Origin: Candidatus Cloacimonadales bacterium
GTDB taxonomy: Bacteria; Cloacimonadota; Cloacimonadia; Cloacimonadales; JAIOQZ01
DNA length: 64,000 nucleotides
Reading direction: 5' to 3'
Assembly: GCA_963665815.1 (NCBI GenBank)
Contig: OY762463.1
Coordinates: forward strand, 1,312,001-1,376,000
Shown here: positions 53,346 to 61,936 of the stretch, piece after piece
Layout of the letters: each line of letters opens with the position of its first letter
Position numbering within the stretch: the first letter of the stretch is position 1
Program-made: the position numbers and the translations under genes
The notes under the pieces: generated by a model
Seen by the model: the letters and a program-made list of their open reading frames with translations, nothing else
What the model was told of the DNA's origin: nothing
The model's database searches: none

Positions 53346-53380
53346 AGCCTGTTGAGCCTGTCGACAGGCTTTTTTTCTTT
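53346..53380 (+). terminator. Rho-independent terminator
   Basis: AGCCTGTTGA / TCGACAGGCT stem followed by a T tract. Confidence 0.7.
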
Positions 53381-53418
53381 TTAACCTTTTCTTAAATCCT
53401 GAAAGAGCATTACTAAAT

Positions 53419-53474
53419 GAGAGCTTTGCATAACTGAGGTAGTTGACTCGATTTTGCTATAATGCAAAGCTCTA
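53419..53474. mobile_element. 56-bp MITE-like element
   Basis: Ends GAGAGCTTTGCATAA and TAATGCAAAGCTCTA; flanked by TAAAT on both sides. Confidence 0.65.
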
Positions 53475-53545
53475 TAAATCAATAAAAACTATTTAAGCAA
53501 CAAGTTCTTGACTTTTCCTGCATTAAAACGTAAAAATGCTGAAAT

Positions 53546-53611
53546 GTGAACTTTGCATGATCAAAATTCTTCTTAACAAAAATCATGGATTTCATATGAT
53601 GCAAAGCTCTC
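53546..53611. mobile_element. 66-bp MITE-like element
   Basis: Ends GTGAACTTTGCATGA and TGATGCAAAGCTCTC. Confidence 0.55.
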
Positions 53612-53632
53612 AAAAATATTTCAGGAGGATCA

Positions 53633-54262
53633 ATGAACAAGCCCGTTGTCATTGGTATAGCCGGAGGAACAGGCTCCGGAAAAACAACAATTGCCGAAGC
53701 TATTAAAGCAGATATCAGGGAGAATATAACAGTTATCCCGCAGGATGCTTACTATAAATCATTTGAGTCATTACCACTTGAAGAAAGAAACCAGATAAAC
53801 TTTGACCATCCTTCGGTATTTGACAATAAACTATTAGTCAACCACATAAAATCTCTTAAACAATTAGTACCAATAGAATTACCGGTATATGATTACTCTA
53901 CTCACCTTCGCAAAGAAGAAACTATCCTGAAAAAACCTGAAAAAATCATTATCATAGAAGGTATTCTTATCTTCGAGAACAAAGAGCTCAGAAATGAAAT
54001 GGATATAAAAATATTTGTGGATACTGACTCTGACATCAGAATTCTTCGGCGAATTGAACGTGACATGAAAGAGCGAGGCAGAAGCCTTGGATCCGTTATT
54101 GATCAGTATCGAAAGACTGTACGTCCAATGCATATTGAGTTTGTTGAACCCACAAAAAGATTCGCAGACATTATTATTCCCGAAGGTGGGAAAAACCATG
54201 TAGCAATTGATATGGTTTCCACAAAACTAAAAAATATCTTAACTAAAGCAAAACCAATATAA
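53633..54262 (+). CDS. udk: Uridine kinase
   Basis: GIAGGTGSGKTT, NFDHP, IEGIL, RRIERD, ERGRS. Confidence 0.96.
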   Translation: MNKPVVIGIAGGTGSGKTTIAEAIKADIRENITVIPQDAYYKSFESLPLEERNQINFDHPSVFDNKLLVNHIKSLKQLVPIELPVYDYSTHLRKEETILKKPEKIIIIEGILIFENKELRNEMDIKIFVDTDSDIRILRRIERDMKERGRSLGSVIDQYRKTVRPMHIEFVEPTKRFADIIIPEGGKNHVAIDMVSTKLKNILTKAKPI

Positions 54263-54314
54263 CGAAAATTATAGAACACGAGATGTAAATCTGTTTAATA
54301 TCATTGGAGGATAA

Positions 54315-55670
54315 ATGAAAAAGATAATACTTATTTTAATGGTTGTGAGTTGTCTGTCTTTGACAGCTCTGGAAGATTTGACAATATTCAATAATAATCT
54401 GGTTCTCGTGAAAACTGGAATCAAGCTGAATCTTAAAAAGGGAACTCAGTCGATCTTTTATGATGAAATCCCTTCCGGTATCGATCCTGCATCCGTTATT
54501 CTTAAAAATGATAACACTAATATTTCTCTACTGACTCAGAACTATGAGTATGATATTGCTTCAGCGGAAAAGATCCTGATGAAATATATTGGAGAGCAGA
54601 TTACTGTTCACACCAAAGATAACAAACAGCTAAAAGGAGATCTCCAATTTGCAGGCTTCAGCAATATTGGGATAATAGACAATACAACTAAGAAACTGTA
54701 TGTTCTCTCAGATAAACAGATCAACTATATTGAATACCCGGGTGTACCGGACAATTTTTATCTCAAACCAACCCTGCAATGGCTGATAGGTTCAGACAAA
54801 AAAGGAAAAGCTGACTTTGATTTTTCCTACCTTTCTTCAGGAATGAGCTGGGAAGTAACATACAATTGTGTATACAATGAAAAAAATGAGAAACTAAGTA
54901 TTACTCCATGGGTAACAATTAACAACAGAACAGGAAAAGCCTTCAGTGATGCCAGAATTAAACTGATGGCTGGTGATGTAAAAAAAGTTCAGGAATACGG
55001 CAGAGCTAAAGGTGGAAGAGGATATAAGTCCTTGGAATTTGCAGATGCATCACAGTCTTTCAATGAAATGGAATTCGAAGAAAAAAGCTTTGCTGATTAC
55101 CATCTTTATACATTGAACCAGAGAGTTAATGTTGCAAATAATCAGGTTAAGCAAATTACGATGTTCCCTGAGAAATCAGTTAAAGCAGAAAAAATATACA
55201 AATATACTACTCATGCTCAGAAGCTTAAATCCGTAATCAGATTTAAGAATACCGAAGAAAACGGACTTGGTCTTCCCCTACCTAAAGGCACAGTAAAAAT
55301 GTATCAGGAAGACAAAGCTGATAACCAGATGGAATTCATTGGTGAAGACAGAATAGACCATACACCAAAGAAAGAGAAAGTCGATCTTGTTACAGGTTCA
55401 CCTTTTGACATAATAGCTAAAACAACTGTGCTGAATACAAACAATACACGTCATTCCACAACTTCTGATTATAAGGTTGTTGTAAAAAACAGATCTGACA
55501 AGAAAGTGAAAGTATTCATTGAACACTATATTTATGGGGACTGGAATGTAAGTAATTACAAAGCAAAATTCAAAAAGCTTAATGCACGTACTATTCAGTT
55601 TGAAATTGAACTTGCACCGGACAGTGAAAAGGAAGTAACCTGGACACAGAGAATAGAAAACAGATATTAA
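54315..55670 (+). CDS. DUF4139/DUF4140-family secreted protein, copy 1
   Basis: Signal peptide, LTIFNNNLVLV, QNYEYD, KPTLQW, YHLYTL, GLPLPKG. Confidence 0.85.
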   Translation: MKKIILILMVVSCLSLTALEDLTIFNNNLVLVKTGIKLNLKKGTQSIFYDEIPSGIDPASVILKNDNTNISLLTQNYEYDIASAEKILMKYIGEQITVHTKDNKQLKGDLQFAGFSNIGIIDNTTKKLYVLSDKQINYIEYPGVPDNFYLKPTLQWLIGSDKKGKADFDFSYLSSGMSWEVTYNCVYNEKNEKLSITPWVTINNRTGKAFSDARIKLMAGDVKKVQEYGRAKGGRGYKSLEFADASQSFNEMEFEEKSFADYHLYTLNQRVNVANNQVKQITMFPEKSVKAEKIYKYTTHAQKLKSVIRFKNTEENGLGLPLPKGTVKMYQEDKADNQMEFIGEDRIDHTPKKEKVDLVTGSPFDIIAKTTVLNTNNTRHSTTSDYKVVVKNRSDKKVKVFIEHYIYGDWNVSNYKAKFKKLNARTIQFEIELAPDSEKEVTWTQRIENRY

Positions 55671-55694
55671 AAGCATCCATTTTGTGGTGAGTAA

Positions 55695-57047
55695 ATGAAA
55701 AAAATAATACTTATTTTAATGGTTGTGAGCTGTCTGTCATTGATAGCCCTGGAAGATCTGACAATATTCAATAATGATCTTGTTCTGGTGAAAACAGGAA
55801 TAGAGCTGGAACTCAAAAAGGGAACTCAGTCAATCTTTTATGATGAAATTCCTTTTGGAATAGATCCAGCTTCAGTCATTCTTAAAAACGATAACAATAA
55901 TATTTCTCTGTTGACCCAAAACTATGAATATGACATAGCTTCTGCCCAGAAAATCCTGATGAAGTACATCGGTGAGCAAATCACTATTCATACCAAAGAT
56001 GATAAAAAACTGAAAGGCGAACTCCAATTTGCAGGATTCAGTAACATTGGGATAATAGACAATACATCTAAAAAACTGTATGTTCTTTCCGACAAGCAGA
56101 TAAACTATATTGAGTATCCCGGAGTTCCGGATAATTTCTATCTTAAGCCTACTCTGCAATGGCTGATTGGTTCAAACAAAAAAGGTAAAACTAATTTCGA
56201 TTTTTCTTATCTGTCATATGGAATGAGATGGGAAGTTACATACAATTGCGTATATAATGAGAAGACAGAGAAACTGAGTATAACTCCCTGGGTAACAATA
56301 GACAATAGATCAGGAAAAGCCTATTATAATGCCAGAATAAAACTGATGGCTGGTGATGTTAAAAAAAATTATGACAATGATAAGTCTACAGGTGGAATAA
56401 GACATGAAGAAGAAGAAATGGATTTATTGTATTCTATACCACCAATGGCATTCGAAGAAAAGAGCTTTGCAGATTACCACCTCTACACTCTGAACCAGAG
56501 AGTTGATGTTGCAAACAATCAGGTGAAACAAATTACCATGTTCCCTGAGAAATCAGTTAAAGCTGAAAAAGTATACAAATACACTACTCATGCTCAGAAA
56601 CTTAAATCAGTAATCAGATTCGAAAATACCGAAGAAAACGGACTTGGTCTTCCTCTACCAAAAGGTATTGTAAAAATGTATCAGGAAGACAAAGCCGATA
56701 ACCAGATGGAATTCATTGGTGAAGATAGAATTGACCATACACCAAAGAAAGAGAAAGTCGATCTTATTACAGGTTCACCTTTTGATATCATAGCTAAAAC
56801 AACTGTGCTGAATACAAATAATACTCGCCACTCAAGAACCTCTGACTATAAAGTTGTTGTAAAAAACAGATCCGACAAGAAAGTTAAAGTCTTTATCGAG
56901 CACTACATCTATGGAGACTGGAATGTAAGCAATTACAAAGCTAAGTTCAAGAAGCTCAATGCACGCACTATCCAGTTTGAAATTGAACTTGCACCAGATA
57001 GTGAAAAGGAAGTGACTTGGACTCAGAAGATTAATAACAGAGATTAA
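55695..57047 (+). CDS. DUF4139/DUF4140-family secreted protein, copy 2
   Basis: Near-identical tandem paralogue of 54315-55670. Confidence 0.85.
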   Translation: MKKIILILMVVSCLSLIALEDLTIFNNDLVLVKTGIELELKKGTQSIFYDEIPFGIDPASVILKNDNNNISLLTQNYEYDIASAQKILMKYIGEQITIHTKDDKKLKGELQFAGFSNIGIIDNTSKKLYVLSDKQINYIEYPGVPDNFYLKPTLQWLIGSNKKGKTNFDFSYLSYGMRWEVTYNCVYNEKTEKLSITPWVTIDNRSGKAYYNARIKLMAGDVKKNYDNDKSTGGIRHEEEEMDLLYSIPPMAFEEKSFADYHLYTLNQRVDVANNQVKQITMFPEKSVKAEKVYKYTTHAQKLKSVIRFENTEENGLGLPLPKGIVKMYQEDKADNQMEFIGEDRIDHTPKKEKVDLITGSPFDIIAKTTVLNTNNTRHSRTSDYKVVVKNRSDKKVKVFIEHYIYGDWNVSNYKAKFKKLNARTIQFEIELAPDSEKEVTWTQKINNRD

Positions 57048-57220
57048 AAAACATAAATCTCTTACTGTATTACTGTAAAACGTTCGGAATGTCATAAATT
57101 CGCAAAATTATGAAATTCTATTTGATAAAACGCTGATTTTGAGTAATATATCTATAAGAAGACAATTTCGGATCCGAATAAACAGGTTCTCGAAATATTA
57201 TTGTCCCGCAGGAGGTTATA

Positions 57221-58177
57221 ATGAACCTGAAGATAACAAAGTTTGATGAGCTGATGAGAAATCTACTCACAACAGCAAATCTGGAAAAAAGTCTTAGCCT
57301 GATTGTCAGAGATATTACTCAGGAGTTTGAGTTCCAAAGCCTCGGGATATATACTTTTGATGACCAGAACGACGTTCATCTACAGATCAGCAGAAATTTA
57401 AGCCACTCATTCAGAAAATCCCGCAACTTTCAACCTGATGCCTTTTTCATGAAAAAGCTTAATCTTATGCAGGTGTTTGATCTGGATCAACCTGATATGA
57501 TAAAGTTCGAGTATGATTACAAGCATCTTATTGTCACTCCACTCCAGTTTGATAATACTCTGTTGGGATTCATGTTTATCGATAAAGAAGATGGTCATTT
57601 TGATCTCGATGAGATGTACAAATTCGAGATGTTCGGAGGTTTGGTATCTCTTATTATACATATACAGAATCAGAAACACACAATTGAGAAGTTATCACAG
57701 ATAGATGAAAATACTGGTCTCTACACAATGAAAGCGTTTATTGAGCGAGCCCAGTTAATATTCACACGTTCAGTTCGTTACGGAAGAAATATCACGTTAA
57801 TAATCTTACAGATTTCCGAATACAAGAAAATGATTCGAACTAACGGAAAAGATGAGACAAAAGTGTATGTAAACAAAATAGCAAATATCCTTAAAACAAG
57901 ACTGAGATCATTCGAGATTATAGGTTACAGATATCCCGACACTTTTGCAGTGCTTCTGAGTGAAACTGATAAAGAGCAGAATATGCATATTGTCAGAAGA
58001 CTTACACAGGATATTCTGGACATATCTCCATCTCTCAAGAAAGACTATTTTTCATGGGGAATCAGCTCAAGTCTGCAAAATTGTGATTGCATGGAAACTC
58101 TGCTTAATAACACTGAAACCGCTGCTTTTGAAGCATCAAGAAAAGAAAAACACATTGTATTTACTGAAGAATTATAA
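57221..58177 (+). CDS. GAF + degenerate GGDEF protein
   Basis: GAF (PLQFDNTLLGFMFID); DENTGLY start of the GGDEF fold; active-site loop reads RYPDTF. Confidence 0.75.
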   Translation: MNLKITKFDELMRNLLTTANLEKSLSLIVRDITQEFEFQSLGIYTFDDQNDVHLQISRNLSHSFRKSRNFQPDAFFMKKLNLMQVFDLDQPDMIKFEYDYKHLIVTPLQFDNTLLGFMFIDKEDGHFDLDEMYKFEMFGGLVSLIIHIQNQKHTIEKLSQIDENTGLYTMKAFIERAQLIFTRSVRYGRNITLIILQISEYKKMIRTNGKDETKVYVNKIANILKTRLRSFEIIGYRYPDTFAVLLSETDKEQNMHIVRRLTQDILDISPSLKKDYFSWGISSSLQNCDCMETLLNNTETAAFEASRKEKHIVFTEEL

Positions 58178-58198
58178 ATATCATTTTAAGGAGAATAT

Positions 58199-58645
58199 AT
58201 GAGTGATCGTATTTTTAACAATCTGCGCGGAATTCAAAAGGATATGCTTAAAATTCTCGGCGAGGTTACAACACTTGCTGCGAATCCTCTTGCAGTACAT
58301 CATGGAGAAAATGAAGTCTGGGAACCAAAATGCGATGTATTCGGAACAAATAGCGAGATAAATATTATTGTTGATCTTGCGGGTGTGGATAAGAAATCAA
58401 TTCATATTTCCAGATCAAAAGATTACATCAAAGTGACAGGCTCAAGAGAACTTAATTTCGATTGCGACAAACTGTGCTACTATAACATGGAGATTGAGAC
58501 TGGAAGCTTTGAAAGAAAAATTTATCTCCCGGAACTCAATCTCAGCCACGACGATCCATCAGTAAAGTTTGAAAATGGATTTCTCTATATTAAGTTTACA
58601 CTAAGGCAGCCTAAAGAAAAAGTAATTGAAGTAGAGATAGAATAA
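58199..58645 (+). CDS. Hsp20/alpha-crystallin small heat-shock protein
   Basis: WEPKCDV, VDLAGV, GSFERKI, FENGFL. Confidence 0.88.
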   Translation: MSDRIFNNLRGIQKDMLKILGEVTTLAANPLAVHHGENEVWEPKCDVFGTNSEINIIVDLAGVDKKSIHISRSKDYIKVTGSRELNFDCDKLCYYNMEIETGSFERKIYLPELNLSHDDPSVKFENGFLYIKFTLRQPKEKVIEVEIE

Positions 58646-58673
58646 TTTATAAAAAAATCAATCCCACTCAATA

Positions 58674-58705
58674 AGGTGTCTGTAATTTTTTGCAGGCACT
58701 TTTTT
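58674..58705 (+). terminator. Rho-independent terminator
   Basis: GTGTCTGTAA / TTGCAGGCAC stem (G-U pairs) followed by TTTTT. Confidence 0.6.
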
Positions 58706-58764
58706 GATAAATCACTCAATCTATTGACAGAATTTTCCAGATAATGAAGTTTCGGTAAAAATAA

Positions 58765-58952
58765 ATGAGCTTTGCATAAAAGCAAAATCAAGCATCTTTG
58801 GTTAAATAGTATTGATGAGATTTTTGAATTCATCATGAAAACTTCTCAGGAAAATTGATTTTGAGTCAGATCATAATGAATTCTGGAATAGAATCAACTA
58901 GTATTTTCTGTAAAATATGAGCAAAGAATTACTCCAATTATGCAAAGGTCTC
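58765..58952. mobile_element. 188-bp MITE-like element
   Basis: Ends ATGAGCTTTGCATAA and TTATGCAAAGGTCTC; TAA on both flanks. Confidence 0.65.
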
Positions 58953-58967
58953 TAATGATGAGGAATC

Positions 58968-59762
58968 ATGCAGGAACGACACGTAAACAGATCGCGTTAT
59001 TTTAATGAGCAGTCTATTACAACAGAGAAATATGTAATTCCATATATAGAAGAAGTTAAGACAATCTGCTGCCGCATGAATGTTCTGGAAATTGGTTGTG
59101 GAGAAGGTGGAAATCTTGTGCCTTTCATTAAAAGAAATTGTAAAGTTACCGGAATTGATCTTTCAGAAAAGAAAATTGATAATGCCAAAATCTTTCTGAA
59201 AGAATTCATGGATGATGATAAAGATATTGAGTTGTTTCTGGAAGACATATATGAGCATGATTTCAGCGAAGAATATGATATTATAATAATGCGGGATGTA
59301 ATTGAGCACATACCTGAACAGTCTAAACTAATGAAATTCATCAAATCAATACTGAAAGATGACGGACTTGTATTCATTGCGTTTCCTCCCTGGCATAATC
59401 CATTCGGAGGACATCAGCAGATATGTAATAACAAGATTCTTTCACACCTCCCTTATTACCATATACTCCCGGTTCCATTATACAAAGCACTGCTAAAAGC
59501 AGGTAAAGAGCCTTCAGATAAAATCGAATCCTTGCTGGAGATCAAGGAAACGGGTATAAGCATCAATCGTTTTCTAAGCATCCTGAAATCAGAAGACTAC
59601 AGAATAAAAAAGTTGGATTACTACTTCATAAACCCGAACTACGAAGTAAAATTCGGTCTGACACCAAGACTTCAAACAGGATTAGTTGCTTCCATACCAT
59701 TTTTAAGAGATTTCCTTACTACTTCAGTTTACGCTATAATCAGTAAAAAATCAGAAAAGTGA
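58968..59762 (+). CDS. Class I SAM-dependent methyltransferase
   Basis: VLEIGCGEGG, GIDLS, DVIEH, FPPWHNPFGGH. Confidence 0.88.
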   Translation: MQERHVNRSRYFNEQSITTEKYVIPYIEEVKTICCRMNVLEIGCGEGGNLVPFIKRNCKVTGIDLSEKKIDNAKIFLKEFMDDDKDIELFLEDIYEHDFSEEYDIIIMRDVIEHIPEQSKLMKFIKSILKDDGLVFIAFPPWHNPFGGHQQICNNKILSHLPYYHILPVPLYKALLKAGKEPSDKIESLLEIKETGISINRFLSILKSEDYRIKKLDYYFINPNYEVKFGLTPRLQTGLVASIPFLRDFLTTSVYAIISKKSEK

Positions 59763-61913
59763 TTCCGCTTTTCGGATAAGCTTATTACTATTTACACTAA
59801 GCTGAATCCTCTTCCTCTGCAGATCTAAACGGTTAATCACAACATCCAGTACTAAGCCGACATAGCATGTATCATACATCTCTTTTACAGATCTGAACTC
59901 TGACTTATGAATCAGTCCATCCGTTTTTACTCCAAGATCAACAAAGACTCCGAAATCAACAACATTCTTAACCTGCCCCTGCAATTCCATTCCTTCAAAG
60001 AAATTTTCTTCTGACATACTTCCTGTTTTATACATAACAGAATCAAGCAATACTGAATTTACTTTACTTTCGCTCAATGCATCTCTTACAAACTCCAGTT
60101 TTTCATTTGACATTCCCAGTTCTTGAGAAACGGAAGCTATATCGATCTCTTTAAGTACAGCACCAAGCTTCTCAATGTTCTTCACTTTAAGAGTCTTTAT
60201 GAGTTTTTTTACCAGTTTATAATCTTCAGGGTGTATAATTGTTTTATCGAGATACTCCTCTGAATCATTTACAATACAGAATCCTGCTGCATTATTGAAT
60301 TTTGCTGCCCCTAAACCCTTAACTTTCATCAATTGTTTTCTATTCTTGAAGTTACCGTTGCTTTCCCGGTACTCTACAATATTCTCTGCCACTGACTTGT
60401 TGAATCCGGAAACATATTGTAGTAAATACCTGGAAGCATAGTTTATATCAACTCCTATGGCACTTACAACATTGGATATTGATGACACGATTTTCTCAGT
60501 AAGCAATGCTTTGGGTATATCATGCTGGTACATTCCAACGCCCAGAGCTTCTACAGGGACTTTGACATACTCATCTATCGGTGACTGGATTCGTCTTGCA
60601 ATTGTTACAGCGCCTCTGACAACTGCATCAAGATCCGGGAATTCTTCCCTTGCACATTCAGATGCAGAATACACTGATGCTCCGGTTTCCGGAATTATTA
60701 TGCATTCAATATCAGAACGACCATAAGTAATATATTTTGTAACAAATTCCGCAGTCTCCTGAGAAGCTGTTCCATTGCCAATTGCAATCAGATTGACTTT
60801 GAACTTCTTTATATTACTCAGAACTTGTTCAATTGTCATATTTAATCGATGCTTATCAAGCGGGAATATCGTCTCGAAATGTTCAAGTTTCCCTTTTTCG
60901 TCAATGTAGGCAGTCTTACACCCGGTTCTGAATCCGGGATCAATCCCCAGAACTCTTATATCTTTTCTTGGCTTTGCAAGTAGCAGGTACTTAACATTTT
61001 CACTGAAGATATCGGCGGATCTTTTATGAGCACTATCAGTCATATTATTCCGTACCTCACGTTCCATTGATGGATATATAAGTCTTTTGAGAGAATCCGT
61101 AATAACTTCATCGAGAAACTCTCTGTAAGGATGAAATCTGGCAATATGCATTATAATTGCAACGCTTTTAATTGGGTGAAACGGAATCTCAACACTTACT
61201 TTCAGGCATTCTTCCTGTTCTCCCCGATTCAGAGCAAGCACTCTGAAATCAGGCATATATTTTACTTTCTGCGAAAACTCAAAGTAGTCTCTGTATTTTG
61301 CTGTTTTATCAGCATCTGCTTTCTTACTAAGTTCCGACTTCACTATTCCTTTTTCGAAGTACATTTCCCTGCACATCTTTCTAACTTCCTGATCAAGTGA
61401 AATCATCTCAGCAATAATATCTCCGGCTGCAGCCATAGCAGCTTTTCTACTTTCAAAATTCCTGTTCCTGTTCACAAAGTTATCAATAAATTGATCATTC
61501 TTAGATCTCGCTTTGAGTATAAACTCGGCAAGAGGCAATGCTCCGTTTTCTTTTGCTTTATCTGCTCTGGTTTTTCTTTTTTTCTTGAATGGCAGATACA
61601 AATCTTCGAGAGTTTCTAAATCCTCAGCAACCAGAATTTTATTCTTAAGGATATCATTGAGAAGACCTTGTTTTTCAAGTCCTGACAAAATATCTTCTCG
61701 ACGCTTTTCTATTTTCTTCCAAAGTTCATAGAGCTCGCTTATCTTCCCTATCTCTACTTCATTCAGCCCACCCGTTCGTTCTTTCCTGTACCTCGTTATG
61801 AATGGGATTGTAGCCCCTTCTTCAAGCAGAATTATCGTTTGTTGAATCTGCTCATGTTTGAAGTCTGTTTTACCTAAAGTATAAGCAACTGCGGTAGTTA
61901 TGGCATTCGTCAT
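59751..61913 (-). CDS. tex: Tex family RNA-binding accessory protein
   Basis: GATIPFITRYRKE, DPGFRTGCK, GNGTAS, GASVYSAS, GVGMYQHD; HhH and S1 (FGVFVDLG). Confidence 0.95.
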   Translation of the reverse strand: MTNAITTAVAYTLGKTDFKHEQIQQTIILLEEGATIPFITRYRKERTGGLNEVEIGKISELYELWKKIEKRREDILSGLEKQGLLNDILKNKILVAEDLETLEDLYLPFKKKRKTRADKAKENGALPLAEFILKARSKNDQFIDNFVNRNRNFESRKAAMAAAGDIIAEMISLDQEVRKMCREMYFEKGIVKSELSKKADADKTAKYRDYFEFSQKVKYMPDFRVLALNRGEQEECLKVSVEIPFHPIKSVAIIMHIARFHPYREFLDEVITDSLKRLIYPSMEREVRNNMTDSAHKRSADIFSENVKYLLLAKPRKDIRVLGIDPGFRTGCKTAYIDEKGKLEHFETIFPLDKHRLNMTIEQVLSNIKKFKVNLIAIGNGTASQETAEFVTKYITYGRSDIECIIIPETGASVYSASECAREEFPDLDAVVRGAVTIARRIQSPIDEYVKVPVEALGVGMYQHDIPKALLTEKIVSSISNVVSAIGVDINYASRYLLQYVSGFNKSVAENIVEYRESNGNFKNRKQLMKVKGLGAAKFNNAAGFCIVNDSEEYLDKTIIHPEDYKLVKKLIKTLKVKNIEKLGAVLKEIDIASVSQELGMSNEKLEFVRDALSESKVNSVLLDSVMYKTGSMSEENFFEGMELQGQVKNVVDFGVFVDLGVKTDGLIHKSEFRSVKEMYDTCYVGLVLDVVINRLDLQRKRIQLSVNSNKLIRKAESLF

Positions 61914-61936
61914 TTATTTTAGATTGTCCTTTGCTT

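Noticed and set aside
53419..53611. CRISPR array or integron attC sites
   Set aside because: The repeats are inverted pairs with irregular spacing; no cas or integrase gene and no RYYYAAC/GTTRRRY cores
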